Of a stretch of 64,000 nucleotides of DNA, positions 13,755 through 26,600 are shown piece by piece; position 1 is the first letter of the stretch, and every line of letters begins with the position of its first letter. The notes under the pieces were generated by a model, which was not told the DNA's origin, did not search any database, and worked only from the letters and a program-made list of their open reading frames with translations. The position numbers and the translations under genes are program-made. The stretch comes from Eledone cirrhosa (taxonomy: Eukaryota): positions 39,990,001 to 40,054,000 of the forward strand of contig OZ024745.1 in NCBI GenBank assembly GCA_964016885.1, read 5' to 3'.

Positions 13755-14020
13755 TGAAGTCAAAGTGATCCCGATTGTCATAGGCGCACTGGGGACTATC
13801 TCCAAAGGTTTCCAGGGATGGTTAAAGAAAATCGGCCCCTTCACGCTTTTTGGAACGCTTCAAAAGGCATGCTTGCTTGGAACAGAAAGAACCCTCCGAT
13901 ACGTCCTGAATATCTGAGGCTGCAGGTAGTGGCTTGATATTCAATCCAACGGACTTTCCAGTTAACCAACATCAATGACTGAGATTCAAGGAATAACAAT
14001 AACAATAATAATAATAATAA
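13755..14020 (+). mobile_element. R4/Dong family B 3' fragment
   Basis: EVKVIPIVIGALG.. plus the same 3' UTR and TAA tail. Confidence 0.8.
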
Positions 14021-14021
14021 T

Positions 14022-14390
14022 AAAGAAAAAAGATCGTGTCTGATTGTGGATGTGGCCTGCCCGTTCGACACGAGAGTGCAAGAGAAGGAGAGGGAGAAAA
14101 TTAACCGATACCAGGACCTAAAGTGGGAGGTGAAAAGGATTTGGAACTGCCATGAAGTCAAAGTGATCCCGATTGTCATAGGCGACCTGGGGACTATCTC
14201 CAAAAGTTTCCAGAAAGAAAATCGGCCCCTTCACGCTTTTTGGAACGCTTCAAAAGGCATGCTTGCTTGGAACAGCAAGAACCCTCCGATACGTCCTGAA
14301 TATCTGAGGCTGCAGGTAGAGGCTTGATATTCAATCCAACGGACTTTCCAGTTAACCAACATCAATGACTGAGATTCAAGGAATAACAAC

Positions 14391-14392
<2 letters not shown>
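14022..14392 (+). mobile_element. R4/Dong family B 3' fragment
   Basis: IVDVACPFD..KINRYQDL; near-identical to 13755-14005 over the shared part. Confidence 0.8.
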
Positions 14393-14463
<71 letters not shown>

Positions 14464-14473
14464 GTAATAATAA

Positions 14474-16057
14474 GAGTTTGGACTGGATAAATGCGCCAAA
14501 GCAACGTTCACCAGAGGAAAGCTGCTGAAGAGTTCAGACATTAATCTTGATCGGGGGAACGTGATAAGAGAGCTTGATCAAGAACAAACTTACAAATATC
14601 TAGGTGTTTGTGAAGGAGACGGAATCAAGCACTCGACAATGAGGGAAAGGATAAGGAAGGAATGTTACCGCAGAGTGAGAGCAATCTTAAGAACGGAATT
14701 GAATGCAAGGAATAGGATCGATGCCATAAACACGCTTGCCATACCAGTAGTAACCTACAGTTACAATGTCATCAACTGGTCAAGCACAGAGATCCGTAGG
14801 CTCGATACAAAAATCCAAAAATTCTTAACCATGCACAGAATGCATCACCCTAAGGCAGACATAGATAGAATATATCTCCCTAGGAAAGAAGGAGGACGTG
14901 GGTTAATCCAGTTAGACATTGCGTTGAAAACTGCAACAATTGGATTATCCACATATCTAAGGGAATCACATGATTGGATGATCAAACTCGTTTTGAAACA
15001 CGAAAGCACCAAAAGATCATATTCCATTACAAAAGATGCACAAAGATACAGTAATGGACTACAAATTTCAGAAGTCCCATTTACTGCTGAAATGGAAAAC
15101 ACAGAAAAAGCAAAGCAGGTAAAAGTAACTGCAAAGAAAGAACTGCTACAGAAACTGGCTAAGAACTGGCAAGAAAAGCCTCTGTATGGAAAATACCCAG
15201 AGCGAGCTAACAATCCTGATGTTGACAAAACTTTAACCCATCAGTGGTTGGCATCCTCTGGACTGAAATCGGAGACTGAAGGACTGATTATATCGGCACA
15301 AGATCAGTGTCTGCCAACAAAAAATTACCAAGCCAACATAATAAAAAATGGGTGCAGCCCATTATGCCGTGTATGCAAAAAACAACCAGAGACCATTGAC
15401 CATATAATTTCAATGTGCAGTCCTATAGCTCCAACCGAATACCTAAACAGGCATGACAGAGCTGCACAATACATACATTGGATAATGTGTAAGCATTTTG
15501 ACCTGCCCCATCAAAAGAATTGGTGGGAGCATCAACCCCCTCCCATACTTGAAAAAGATCACATCTCAATCTTGTGGAACTTTAGCATCCAAACAGACCG
15601 AAAAATAGATGCAAACAGACCTGATATAATATTGAAAGACTTTCAAAAGAGGGTATGCCTGCTAATTGATATGTCTGTTCCAATAGACAAGAATGTATCT
15701 ATAAAAACATTTGAAAAATTGAGCAAGTATAACGACCTGGAGATAGAAATTGGAAAAATGTGGAAATTGAGAACTAAAACAATACCAGTGGTTGTAGGCG
15801 CTCTGGGAATGATACCTAAGGGGTCTAATGATTACATATCGCAAATCCCAGGAAACCCGCGTATAGGAGAAATACAAAAGATAGTACTAATGGGAACTGC
15901 CCATATACTAAGGAAGATTCTGTCAATATCACAAGTCTAAACACTAAAGATGCATGTGTGAATATGTATGTTCTTTCTTGAACATGGCGGACCTTGTTGT
16001 CTCTTGAGGTCACTGGTTGTGACTTGGTGATATCTCGTATGAACATAAAGCAACTGT
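14474..16057 (+). mobile_element. R4/Dong family A, 5'-truncated (open ORF 14561..15940: thumb, CCHC, RLE)
   Basis: Near-identical to 25892-27490; CRVC..H....C, RHD, RPD..D..K..KY; TAA on both sides. Confidence 0.92.
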
Positions 16058-16074
16058 AATAATAATAATAATAA

Positions 16075-16262
16075 TTGTTTCTACTTTAGGCACAAGGCCA
16101 GCAATTAACCAGTGCATTACTGGTACTTTATTTTATCGACCCCGTAACGATGAAAGGCAAAGTCAACCTGGGCGGCAATTTGAACTCAGATCGTAAAGGG
16201 ACGTAACTATGCTGTAAAGCATGGCGTCCGACCCTCTACCGATACTGCCAATCCACCGCCCT
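16075..16262 (-). mobile_element. tRNA-derived SINE
   Basis: Minus strand: ggcggtggat, A-box tggcagtatcgg, B-box gagttcaaatt, core gttgactttgcctttcatc..ggggtcgataaaataaagtaccag, (TTA)n tail. Confidence 0.8.
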
Positions 16263-16283
16263 TATAATAATAATAATAATAAT

Positions 16284-17957
16284 AGGATCAAGAGAGGTAT
16301 CTTCCAGGAGATAGTTAGTCCTCTCTGTTGTGTACCCTTGCGCTGATGCCCCTGACCATTATACTGCGAAAAATGAGAGCAGGATACAAGTTGGGAAAGA
16401 GAGAGCTTACCATCAATCACCTCCTCTTCATGGACGATCTTAAGCACTTCGGGAAGAGTGAGAGGGAGTTGGATGTGCTTGTTAACACTGTCCGTATTTT
16501 CAGCAATGATATATGTATGTAATTTGGTATTAGTAAGTGTGGAGTCCTTGTGATGAAGAGGGTAAATTGAGCAGAAGCAATGGAATCCAGGTACCAACAA
16601 GTGAGATGATAACGGTAATTAATGCTGAAGCGGGTAACAAATATTTAGGTGTTCTGGAGGCTGATGACATCAAAATCAAAAAATTGAAGGAATTGATAAG
16701 ATCTGAATACATTCGGAGAGTAAGGAGCGTACTAAAGTAACATCTGAACAGTAGGAATGCCATAAGTGCTGTAAATTCCCGAGCTGTCTCTACTATTAGG
16801 TACAGAGCGGGAATTCTGAGATGGAATGTTGCTGAACAAAAAGAAATGGAATGGAAGACTAGGAAGCTATTGACTATCTACAACTGGTTCCACAAAAGGA
16901 GTTATGTCGATAGACTCTACTTAAGGAGATCTGAAGGTGGAAGAGGTCTTATCAGCATAGAGGACTGTGTTCAAATGGAGAAAAACAACCTGCACAAATA
17001 CGTGACTGATAGTAGGGAGCCAATACTTAGAATTGTTCCGAAGGAGAGGACATAAGACCAATGGATGTCCAAGGAGGAAATAACAACAAGGAGAGAGAGC
17101 AACATTCATGAAAAATCCCTTCATATTACCTTCTTTGAGAAAACTGAACTGAATTTAGAGATCCACAGACATGGAACTGGTTGAAAAGAGGAGACCTTAA
17201 AAAGGCTACAGAAGGAATGCTAATGGCTGCGCAAGAGCAGGCCTTCTAAACGAAGTTGCTGAAACACCATATTTACAAGGAGGAGGCTAGCCCACTGCAT
17301 AGGATCTGTGGAGAGAGAGAGGAGACTGTGGATCAGATTGTATCCGAGTGTAAACACCTAGCTCAGTCTCACTATAGAGGCTGGAGACATGATGTGATTG
17401 GCAAGGTGATCCACTGACACCTATGCAAAGTAAACAATTTACCACATTCTGAGAAGTGGTATGGGCATAAGCCAGAGTCGGTGGTGATGGAAAATGATCA
17501 GGTGAAGGTGTTGTGGAATTTTAGGATACAGACGGACAAGAAGCTGGAACACAATAGACCTGACCTGGTGGTTTTGAATAAGGGAAAAAGATCGTGCCTG
17601 ATTGTGGATGTAGCCTGCCCATTCGACACGAGAGTGCAAGAGAAGGAGAGCGAGAAAATTGACCGATACCAGGACTTAAAGTGGGAGGTAAAACGGATTT
17701 GGAACTGCCATGCGGTCAAAGTTGTCCCGATTGTCATAGGCGCACTAGGTACTATCTCAAAGAGTTTTCAAGGATGGTTAAAGAAAATTGGTCCCGCCCC
17801 GCTTTTTGGAACACTTCAAAAGGCAAGCTTGCTGGGAACAGCAAGAACACTCCGAAACGTCCTGAATATCTGAGGCTGCAGGTAGTGTCTTGATATTCAT
17901 TTCAACAAACCTTTCAGTTAAATAACATGAATGACTGAGACTCAAAGAACAATAATA
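16284..17957 (+). mobile_element. R4/Dong family B, 5'-truncated, degenerate
   Basis: RGIFQ, HLLFMDDLK, KYLGV, GGRGL, RPDLVV..DVACPFD; stops and frameshifts. Confidence 0.88.
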
Positions 17958-17973
17958 GGAAACATACGAACAT

Positions 17974-18749
17974 GGTGGGTAGAGTGTTGGAATCGCTCCC
18001 GTAAGTTTTTGATTTTTTACATAATTAAAACAATTGTGATAGAATAATTCTTATTACAAATGGAACATATGATATCAGTCTTTACTCTCAGGAAGTGGCT
18101 ACGCATCACATTATAGCATAGGGCTCCAATATTTAATATTTAATTTTGTATCAGAAATGTTATAGTCAGAAAAGAAAATGGCTAAAAAACAGCAGGCACA
18201 TAACTTCACCACCACCGCCGCCGCCACCATCACCACTACAACAAAAAATCGAGCCAAATACAAATACAAACCAGCACCATCCCATCAACAGCGTCACCAC
18301 TGCTTCATCGCTACCACCACTATTCCCTCACTACCTCCTGTTAAGAGAGGGATGGTGTAGTTCCGCTACACATGAAAAGAAGATAGGAAGGTATCAAAAG
18401 ATATAAATAGACTGGATTAGTGACCCAGTCAAACAGCTAACAACAACAACAACAACAACACCAAAATAATAATTGTTGTTGTATCTCTAAACTCTCTTAA
18501 AATGTTTAGTTTAAACCATGTCAAATCTAAACTGTAATATTATAATAATAATTGTTTCTGCTTTTGGCACGGGCCCAGAAATTATCCCGGTGTGTTGCTG
18601 GTTTTGTCGACCCCGTAAGGATGAAAGGTAAACAAATAATAATGATAAGCAACAAGTCGAAAAATTATGGAACAGAACACAGACAGAAACAAACGCAACA
18701 ACAAACACATATTTCAAATGTGTTGAACACAACAATCCCTACTCCCCTT

Positions 18750-18811
<62 letters not shown>

Positions 18812-21800
18812 CACTAGTAACAGATGATACTGGCCTTGAAAAACGAAAAAGAAAAAGGAAAAAAACAAACGAACAAACAAAACTAAGTCAGACATTCAAA
18901 CATTACAATGAAACTTATTATTTTTTAAAGATTGTATCTATTTATTTGTTTATTTATTTATGTTCGTCTACAGAGTGATGGTGCCACGCTAAAATCACCG
19001 AGGGGTGATGAAATCACCGGTGGTTATGTAACCATACATTCACCAATCCTCGATATGAGTGCTTAAATATCGAACGTAAACAGTTCGAATAACGGTGAAG
19101 TGGAGACTGGAATGTCATGTGACAGATTCTCACCCAGCAGGTGCTCCCTGGCCCAGCAGCAGGGACCTGGCTGTCATCCAAATACTGCTGGTGTTGGAGG
19201 AAGAGGAAGAAGGAAAGGGACTAGAACCAACTGGACGAAATAATTGAATAGAGCTGTTATGCAATGTTACCTGAAGAGTAACCCCAAGGAAAAAGGCTAT
19301 AAGAAACGGATGCATAACATCTGGAACGAGATTGGTCTATTTAAATTAGATGAACAAAAAATGGCCGGGCAGGCTCGGGTAATAAGAACTAATGGGTGGA
19401 TAAGCGAGCTGGAACTGGAGGAACTGAGCAGAGAGATTAGGTTGGAAATGGAGAGTGGAGTATGCCAGGCAAACGAGCCAGTGGGAAATGAAGGTGAAGA
19501 GGTTGAGAGAACGGAGGAACCATCCGAAGCAGACAATGACCTGAATGCTGAAATAAATAATACCTGGAACAAAGATACGGCCATTGAGGAAATGAATGCT
19601 GACGGGCTAGGACAAGGTTTGGTTGATATCCTAAACTTAGTGGTAGATGAAATGAACAATGATAGTGGGAAACCTATGAACGTAAGATTTGTCGACAGGA
19701 AAAAGTTAAAAGAAGCAACAGCTAAGATAAACAAAGTCATCCAATAGCTTGAGGCGAGGAGCCTTCACCAGTGCAACAATATCCTCAAAGCAACAGCAAA
19801 TGCGGCGAGAAAATTACTTGGCATAAAAGCGAGAGGAAACAACAAACAAGAAAGATCAGAACCTTGGTGGAAGAAACGACTGAATGGTCAAATCAGGGAA
19901 ATGAGAAATGACATTGGAAAGCTTGATTCCCTACTGAATGGGACACTAAAAAACATAGACACTAAAAATAGACTGGAAATTAAGTACAAAACTAGGAGGA
20001 AAAAGCTAAATATTGTCATAGAGGAACTGAAGCAACGCATTTTAGCAAAGAGTGCAACAATTAGGCGATACGAGAGCAGAGTCACTCAGTATAGACAGAA
20101 CCGCATATTTGACGCAACCAGAAGATATTGTTTGGACAGTTTGAAGCAAAAGAAAGAGGCAACGACTTGATGCCTGAGGCGGAACAAACTAAGACATTCT
20201 TTAGAGGAATATGGGAGCAAGATGTTAAACACAATGACCAGGCAGTGTGGATTGAGACAGTACAAAAGGAGATTAGTGAACAGGCACAACAACAAACTGA
20301 TTTGAGTATCACAGTTGAAACTCTTAATGGCAGGCCAAAAAATTAACCTACTGGAAATCATCAGGCCCAGATGGTGTGCAGCGGTATTGGATTAAAAATA
20401 GAACAACCCTCCACCCGAAACTGACAACCATGTTCAATGACTGCTTGATGTCAGGTGAGGTACCAGAGTGGTTGACAAAAGGTAACACAGTTCTGGTAAT
20501 GAAAGACCGAATCAAGGGTGAGGATATTTCCAACTATAGACCTATGACATGTCTGTCCGTAATGTGGAAACTGTTAACAAGGATTGTGTCTGAGGAAATC
20601 TACCATCGCCTCCACACAAACAACCTGTTACCGGACGAACAGAAAGGATACCGAAAGAAGTCCCGTGGTACAAAGGACCAGTTACTTATTGATAAGATGG
20701 TAATGAGGAATTGCAAGAGGAGACACACTAGTCTCGCCATGGGATTGATAGACTACAAAAAGGCATTTGACATGGTGCTTCATTCTTGGATCACCAAAAG
20801 TCTAGAGATCTTCAATGTGGCAGATAACATCAGACAGTTGTTGAGCAAAAGTATGAAGTCCTGGAAAACAGAGTTAACATCAGCTGGGGAATCCTTGGGA
20901 GGCGTGAAGATCAAGAGAGGTATCTTCCAGGGAGATAGTCTGTCCCCTCTGTTGTTTGTCCTTGCCCTGATGCCCCTGACCACTATACTGCGAAAATTGA
21001 GAGCAGGATGCAGGTTGGGAAAGGGAGAGCTTACTATCAATCACCTCCACTTCACGGACAATATTAAGCTCTTCGGGAAGAGTGTGAAGGAGTTGGATGT
21101 GCTTATTGACACTGTGCGTATTTTCAGCAATGATATATGTATGCAATTTGGTATTAGTAAGTGTGGAGTCCTTGTGATGAAGAGGGGTAAATTGAGCAGA
21201 AGCAACGGAATCCAGGTACCAACAGGTGAGATGATAAAAGAAATTGACACTGAAGAAGGATACAAATATTTAGGTGTTCTGGAGGCTGCTGACATCAAGA
21301 ACAAAAAAATGAAGGAATTGATAAGATCTTAATACATTCGGAGAGTAAGGAGCGTATTAAAATCACATCTGAACAGTAGGAATGCCATAAGTGCAGTAAA
21401 TTCCCGAGCTGTGTCTATTATTAGCTACAGTGCGGGAATTCTGAGATGGAATATTGCTGAACAAAAAGAAATGGATATGAAGACTAGGAAGATATTGACG
21501 ATCTACAACATGTCCCACAAGAGGAGTGATGTCGATAGACTCTACTAAAGAAGATCTGAAGGTGGAAGAGGTCTTATCAGCATAGAGGACTGTGTTCAGG
21601 TGGAGAAAAACAACCTGCACAAATACGTGACTGATAGTAGGGAGCCAATGCTTAGAATTGTTCTGAAGGAGAGGACAATAGACCAGGGGATGTCCAAGGA
21701 GGAAATAACAACAAGGAGAAAGAGCAACCTTCATGAAAGTTCCCTTCATAGTACCTTCTTTGAGAAAACTGAATTCAGAGATCCACAGACATGGAACTGT

Positions 21801-22565
21801 CTGAAAAGAGGAGACCTTAAAAAGGCTACAGAAGGAATGCTAATGGCTGCGCAAGAGCAGGCCCTCAAAAGAAGTGGCTGAAACACCATATTTACAATGA
21901 GGAGGCTAGTCCACTCTGTACGATCTGTGGAGAGAGAAGGGAGGCTGTGGTTCACATTGTATTCGAGTGTAAACACCTAGCCCAGACTCACTATAAGGGC
22001 TGGAGACATGATGTGATGGGCAGGGTGATCCACTGGCACCAATGCAAAGTAAACAATTTACCACATTCTGAGAAGTGGTATGAGCATAAGCCAGAGCCGG
22101 TGATAGAAAACGATCAGGTGAAGGTGCTGTGGGATTTTAGGATACAGACGGACAAGAAACTGGAACAAAATAGACCTGACATGGTGGTTTTGGACAAGGA
22201 AAAAAGATCGTGCCTGATTGTGGATGTATCCTGCACATTCGACACAACAGTGCAAGAGAAGGAGAGGGATAAAATTAACTGATACCAGGACTTAAAATTG
22301 GAGGTAAAAATGATTTGGAACTGCCATGAAGTCAAAATGGTCCCGATTACATAGGCGCACTAGGTACTATCTCAAAGAGTTTCCAAGGATGGTTAGAGAA
22401 AATTGGTCCCGCCCCGCTTTTTGGAACACTTCAAAAGGCAAGCTTACTGGGAACAGCAAGAACACTCCGATACGTCCTGAATATCTGAGGCTGCAGATAG
22501 TGGCTTGATATTCATTTCAACAAACTTTCCAGTTAAATAACATCAATGACTGAGACTCAAAGAAC
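17974..22565 (+). mobile_element. R4/Dong family B, near full length with long leader; ORF (~19050-22488) disrupted
   Basis: NYRPMTCL, EQKG, KDQLL, DYKKAFD, GIFQGDSLSPLLF, YKYLG, RHD, RPDMVV; many stops; (TAA)n tail. Confidence 0.9.
18749..18812 (+). repeat. (CAG)n/(CAA)n microsatellite inside family B leader
   Basis: Direct reading. Confidence 0.9.
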
Positions 22566-23538
22566 AACAATAATAATAATAATAATAATAATAATAAGAT
22601 AGGTGGTAGAACGTCACGAGGTGGTAGAACGTCACGAAATTGCTCCCGTAAGTTTTTTGATTTTTAACATATTTAAATCAATTGTGAAAGAACAATTCTT
22701 AGCACAAATGTTGCATAAAGGCACCGAATGAGGTCCCATAAAGTTTCGGATCCATATTATATTGTTGTATCGCTCAAATATTCAATTTTGTATTATATAT
22801 TTTGTATTCAAAAAAAGAAAATGGTTATAAATGGAACAAAACACCCTCTGTCTACACTATATAGAACAGCGGCAATTTCAATTTCACCAACACCAGAAAC
22901 TTGATACACTACCTATCCCATCACACTAAATATAACGGCAACTTCACCGGCATCATAATAATAATTACTATTATTATTGTCTCAAATTTTAAAAAATGTT
23001 TAATTCAAATTTTACGGGAATATGTCAACACAAAATATAATGAAAATATATATTAAACATACGAACACAAACTCATAGATACTATATCAGTAACCACAAC
23101 ACCACCGCTGCCACCACCCCACCACATCCATCATCGCCGCCACCACTCATTCAATGCTACTGACACTATTCCCCTGTTAACTTGAGAGAGAAAAGGGAAG
23201 GTGGTGGTAGCACTAGACAAGAGAGAGGCTAGCAAAAGATATAAATAGATTGACTTGGTGACCTTGCCACGGACAAACGTCTACATCAACAATTATGGGA
23301 CTGCTGGCTCACCCCTTCCTCACCAACAATATAAAAAGCCCCGGCACCACCACCGACATAGCCAGCAGCAATAACAGCCAACTACAACAAAAAGTATATT
23401 ATATTATTGTAATGCACTGGGTGATTGCTGGCCTGGAGTGGAGACAATTATTAATAATTTCATTCTTAAGCCACGCAATGCTCACATTAAGGAACCACTC
23501 ATGATAATAACAATTTAAAAAAAACAACAAAAAGAAAA

Positions 23539-23680
23539 CCCCGTGACCAAGAAATACCGGGATGGCGGCCGGCGGGGAATAGCCATGTCTCTAGGGGAGA
23601 ACGACCCCTCTAGTCTTGGTTGACACTCGTTCTAGAAGTGGTAACACGAAAAGATTACCCCTTGGCGGATAAGGATAAAA
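23539..23680 (+). ncRNA. Structured, pseudoknot-like 5' UTR RNA of family A (function unknown)
   Basis: accaaga/tcttggt, atggc/gccat, ctagggg/cccctctag hairpin whose loop agaacga is complementary to downstream tcgttct; ggtaa/ttacc; cctt/aagg. Confidence 0.5.
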
Positions 23681-23698
23681 CGCGACAAAATAAAGTAG

Positions 23699-26600
23699 AT
23701 GTCTAATGATGAAATCTCATACCGGATCGGCCGTCACCCGGGTAAAAAAGGGCCGCGTCCCTCAGAGAGGAACCAGACTGGGGTCGAAAAATCAGCTAAT
23801 GGTTCAAACCTTCCCATCACTTCGGAGCTGGAGACCTCCCATAACCGGAATACTCCTACTGTTGGCCCTCCATGCTCACCACCAAGAAATCCAAAGAAAA
23901 AGAGAGAAAAATGGTCAAGGGAAGATAATAAAGAAGTCCTTGAGGCTTTCTACACTGCCATGTACTACCCATCAAATACATCGAATACAGAGCAAACATA
24001 TATCAACTGGAAAAAGAAACATCCCGAAAACAGAGGCTATATTGACAGTAACAAACTAGCCAATATACGAAGAAATATTGTAAGAAAAAAGTTACTAACT
24101 GATATAGAAATTGATCAGATCAAGCTAGTAGCACAAAGTCAGCGAAGGGAAAATGAAGCATGTGTCAGTGAAAACGAGGTAAACTGTAACACTTCGAATC
24201 CCAGAGTTGGGGCGGAATCACTGGCAACAGAACAAATTAAAGAAAGGAGCGAAAAAGTGGAGGGAGTGCATGCTCAGGATGAAACTCCAAATGAAAATAA
24301 TGAGATCGTAAATGATAAAGAAATGAATGAGAATGAACTTGCCAACTTGAAGGATGAAATTATGATCGAATGGATGAAAATGAAAGAATCTGACATGGGG
24401 GAACGAGACACCCTCCCTAAGATCCAGAACTCCAAACAGAACCAAAAGATAATACACAAGACTAACATAATTCTCAAAAACATTATCATCACAAACAAAC
24501 TAAGCATTACTGACTTAAATCATCTCTATTATGCATCGGCTAAAGTCACCACTCACTTATGTGGAGTGAAGATGAAAAAACAAAGGAATTCCCACAAGAA
24601 ATCTACTTGGCAAGATAACATCAATCGCCAAATAAACCTTCTCCGATCTGACATAGAAATTTTAACAAACTATAAAGTAGGTGAACATGTTAAACAAACT
24701 AAACTTAGAAAATTGAAAAAAAAGTACAGTATAAGATCAACATGTGACATAGACATGCTGATAGAAACAATCAAGCAAAAAGTGTCGGCCAAAGCTGCTC
24801 GTATAAGGCGCTTTGAAAAACGATCTAGATTCTATAAGGACAATAATATGTTCAAAAACAACCAAAGAAACTTCTACAGAAAAATTGGTAAGTCAACAAT
24901 AACTGCTAAATCAATACCACCCAAGGAGGAAGTGCAAGAATTCTGGGAAAAGATCTGGGCCGAAGAAAAAGTTCATAACATACATGCCCCATGGATAGAC
25001 AGACAAATGAAAGAAACAGCTCACCTTGAAGAACAAACATGGGAAAATATAACAGTTGAACAGCTGCGCTTGGCTCTAAGAAAAACCAGCAAATGGAAAT
25101 CCCCAGGAAAAGACAAAATACAAAACTTTTGGATAAATGCCTTCACAGAGTCTCATGAGCTGTTAGCCCAACTTTACAATGAAATAGTTAAGGAGCCAGA
25201 AAAGATACCATCATGGCTAGTTAACGGCATTACATTCCTGCTACCGAAGAATGATGAGACAAACAATCCCAAAAATTACAGACCGATAACCTGCTTGACC
25301 ACAATGTATAAAATTTTAACATCAGTCCTAACTGAATACACATATGACCACCTGATAACAAATGACCTATTTCCCATTGAGCAGAAAGGGTGTAAACGAG
25401 GCTCATATGGCTGTAAGGATCAGCTTCTGGTTAACAAAATGATACTGGAAGATTGTCATAATAGACACAAAAATCTATCGATTGCTTGGATAGATTATAA
25501 AAAAGCATTTGATAGTTTGCCACACAGTTGGATTGAAAAATGTTTAGAGATTTTCAAAATATCCCCCGTTATCAGGAGGTTTTTGTCATTCAGTATGAGG
25601 ACATGGAGAACGACACTCCTTTTGAATAGTGAAACAAAATCACTGGAAGCTGGAGAAGTTAACATTAATTGTGGAATTTTTCAGGGTGACTCTTTATCAC
25701 CGCTTTTATTCTGCATCGCACTTATACCATTAAGTAAAATGCTCAATGAAACAAAACATGGATATAGAGTCTATGACAAAACCATTAATCACCTGTTCTA
25801 CATGGATGACCTGAAACTATTTGCAAAAAATGATGAACAATTGCAAGGGCTATTATCCACTGTAAAGCAGTTCAGTGATGACATTAAAATGGAGTTTGGA
25901 CTGGATAAATGCGCCAAAGCAACGTTCACCAGAGGAAAGCTGCTGAAGAGTTCAGACATTAATCTTGATCGGGGAAACGTGATAAGAGAGCTTGATCAAG
26001 AACAAACTTACAAATATCTAGGTGTTTGTGAAGGAGACGGAATCAAGCACTCGACAATGAGGGAAAGGATAAGGAAGGAATGTTACCGCAGAGTGAGAGC
26101 AATCTTAAGAACGGAATTGAATGCAAGGAATAGGATCGATGCCATAAACACGCTTGCCATACCAGTAGTAACCTACAGTTACAATGTCATCAACTGGTCA
26201 AGCACAGAGATCCGTAGGCTCGATACAAAAATCCGAAAATTCTTAACCATGCACAGAATGCATCACCCTAAGGCAGACATAGATAGAATATATCTCCCTA
26301 GGAAAGAAGGAGGACGTGGGTTAATCCAGTTAGACATTGCGTTGAAAACTGCAACAATTGGATTATCCACATATCTAAGGGAATCACATGATTGGATGAT
26401 CAAACTCGTTTTGAAACACGAAAGCACCAAAAGATCATATTCCATTACAAAAGATGCACAAAGATACAGTAATGGACTACAAATTTCAGAAGTCCCATTT
26501 ACTGCTGAAATGGAAAACACAGAAAAAGCAAAGCAGGTAAAAGTAACTGCAAAGAAAGAACTGCTACAGAAACTGGCTAAGAAATGGCAAGAAAAGCCTC

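Noticed and set aside
13288-14473. Repeat-spacer pattern superficially like a CRISPR array
   Set aside because: Eukaryotic context; the repeats are TAA tails and the spacers are retrotransposon 3' ends
23539-23698. Canonical HDV-like ribozyme call
   Set aside because: Could not assign P1/P1.1/P3/L3 and the catalytic C by eye; left as unknown structure
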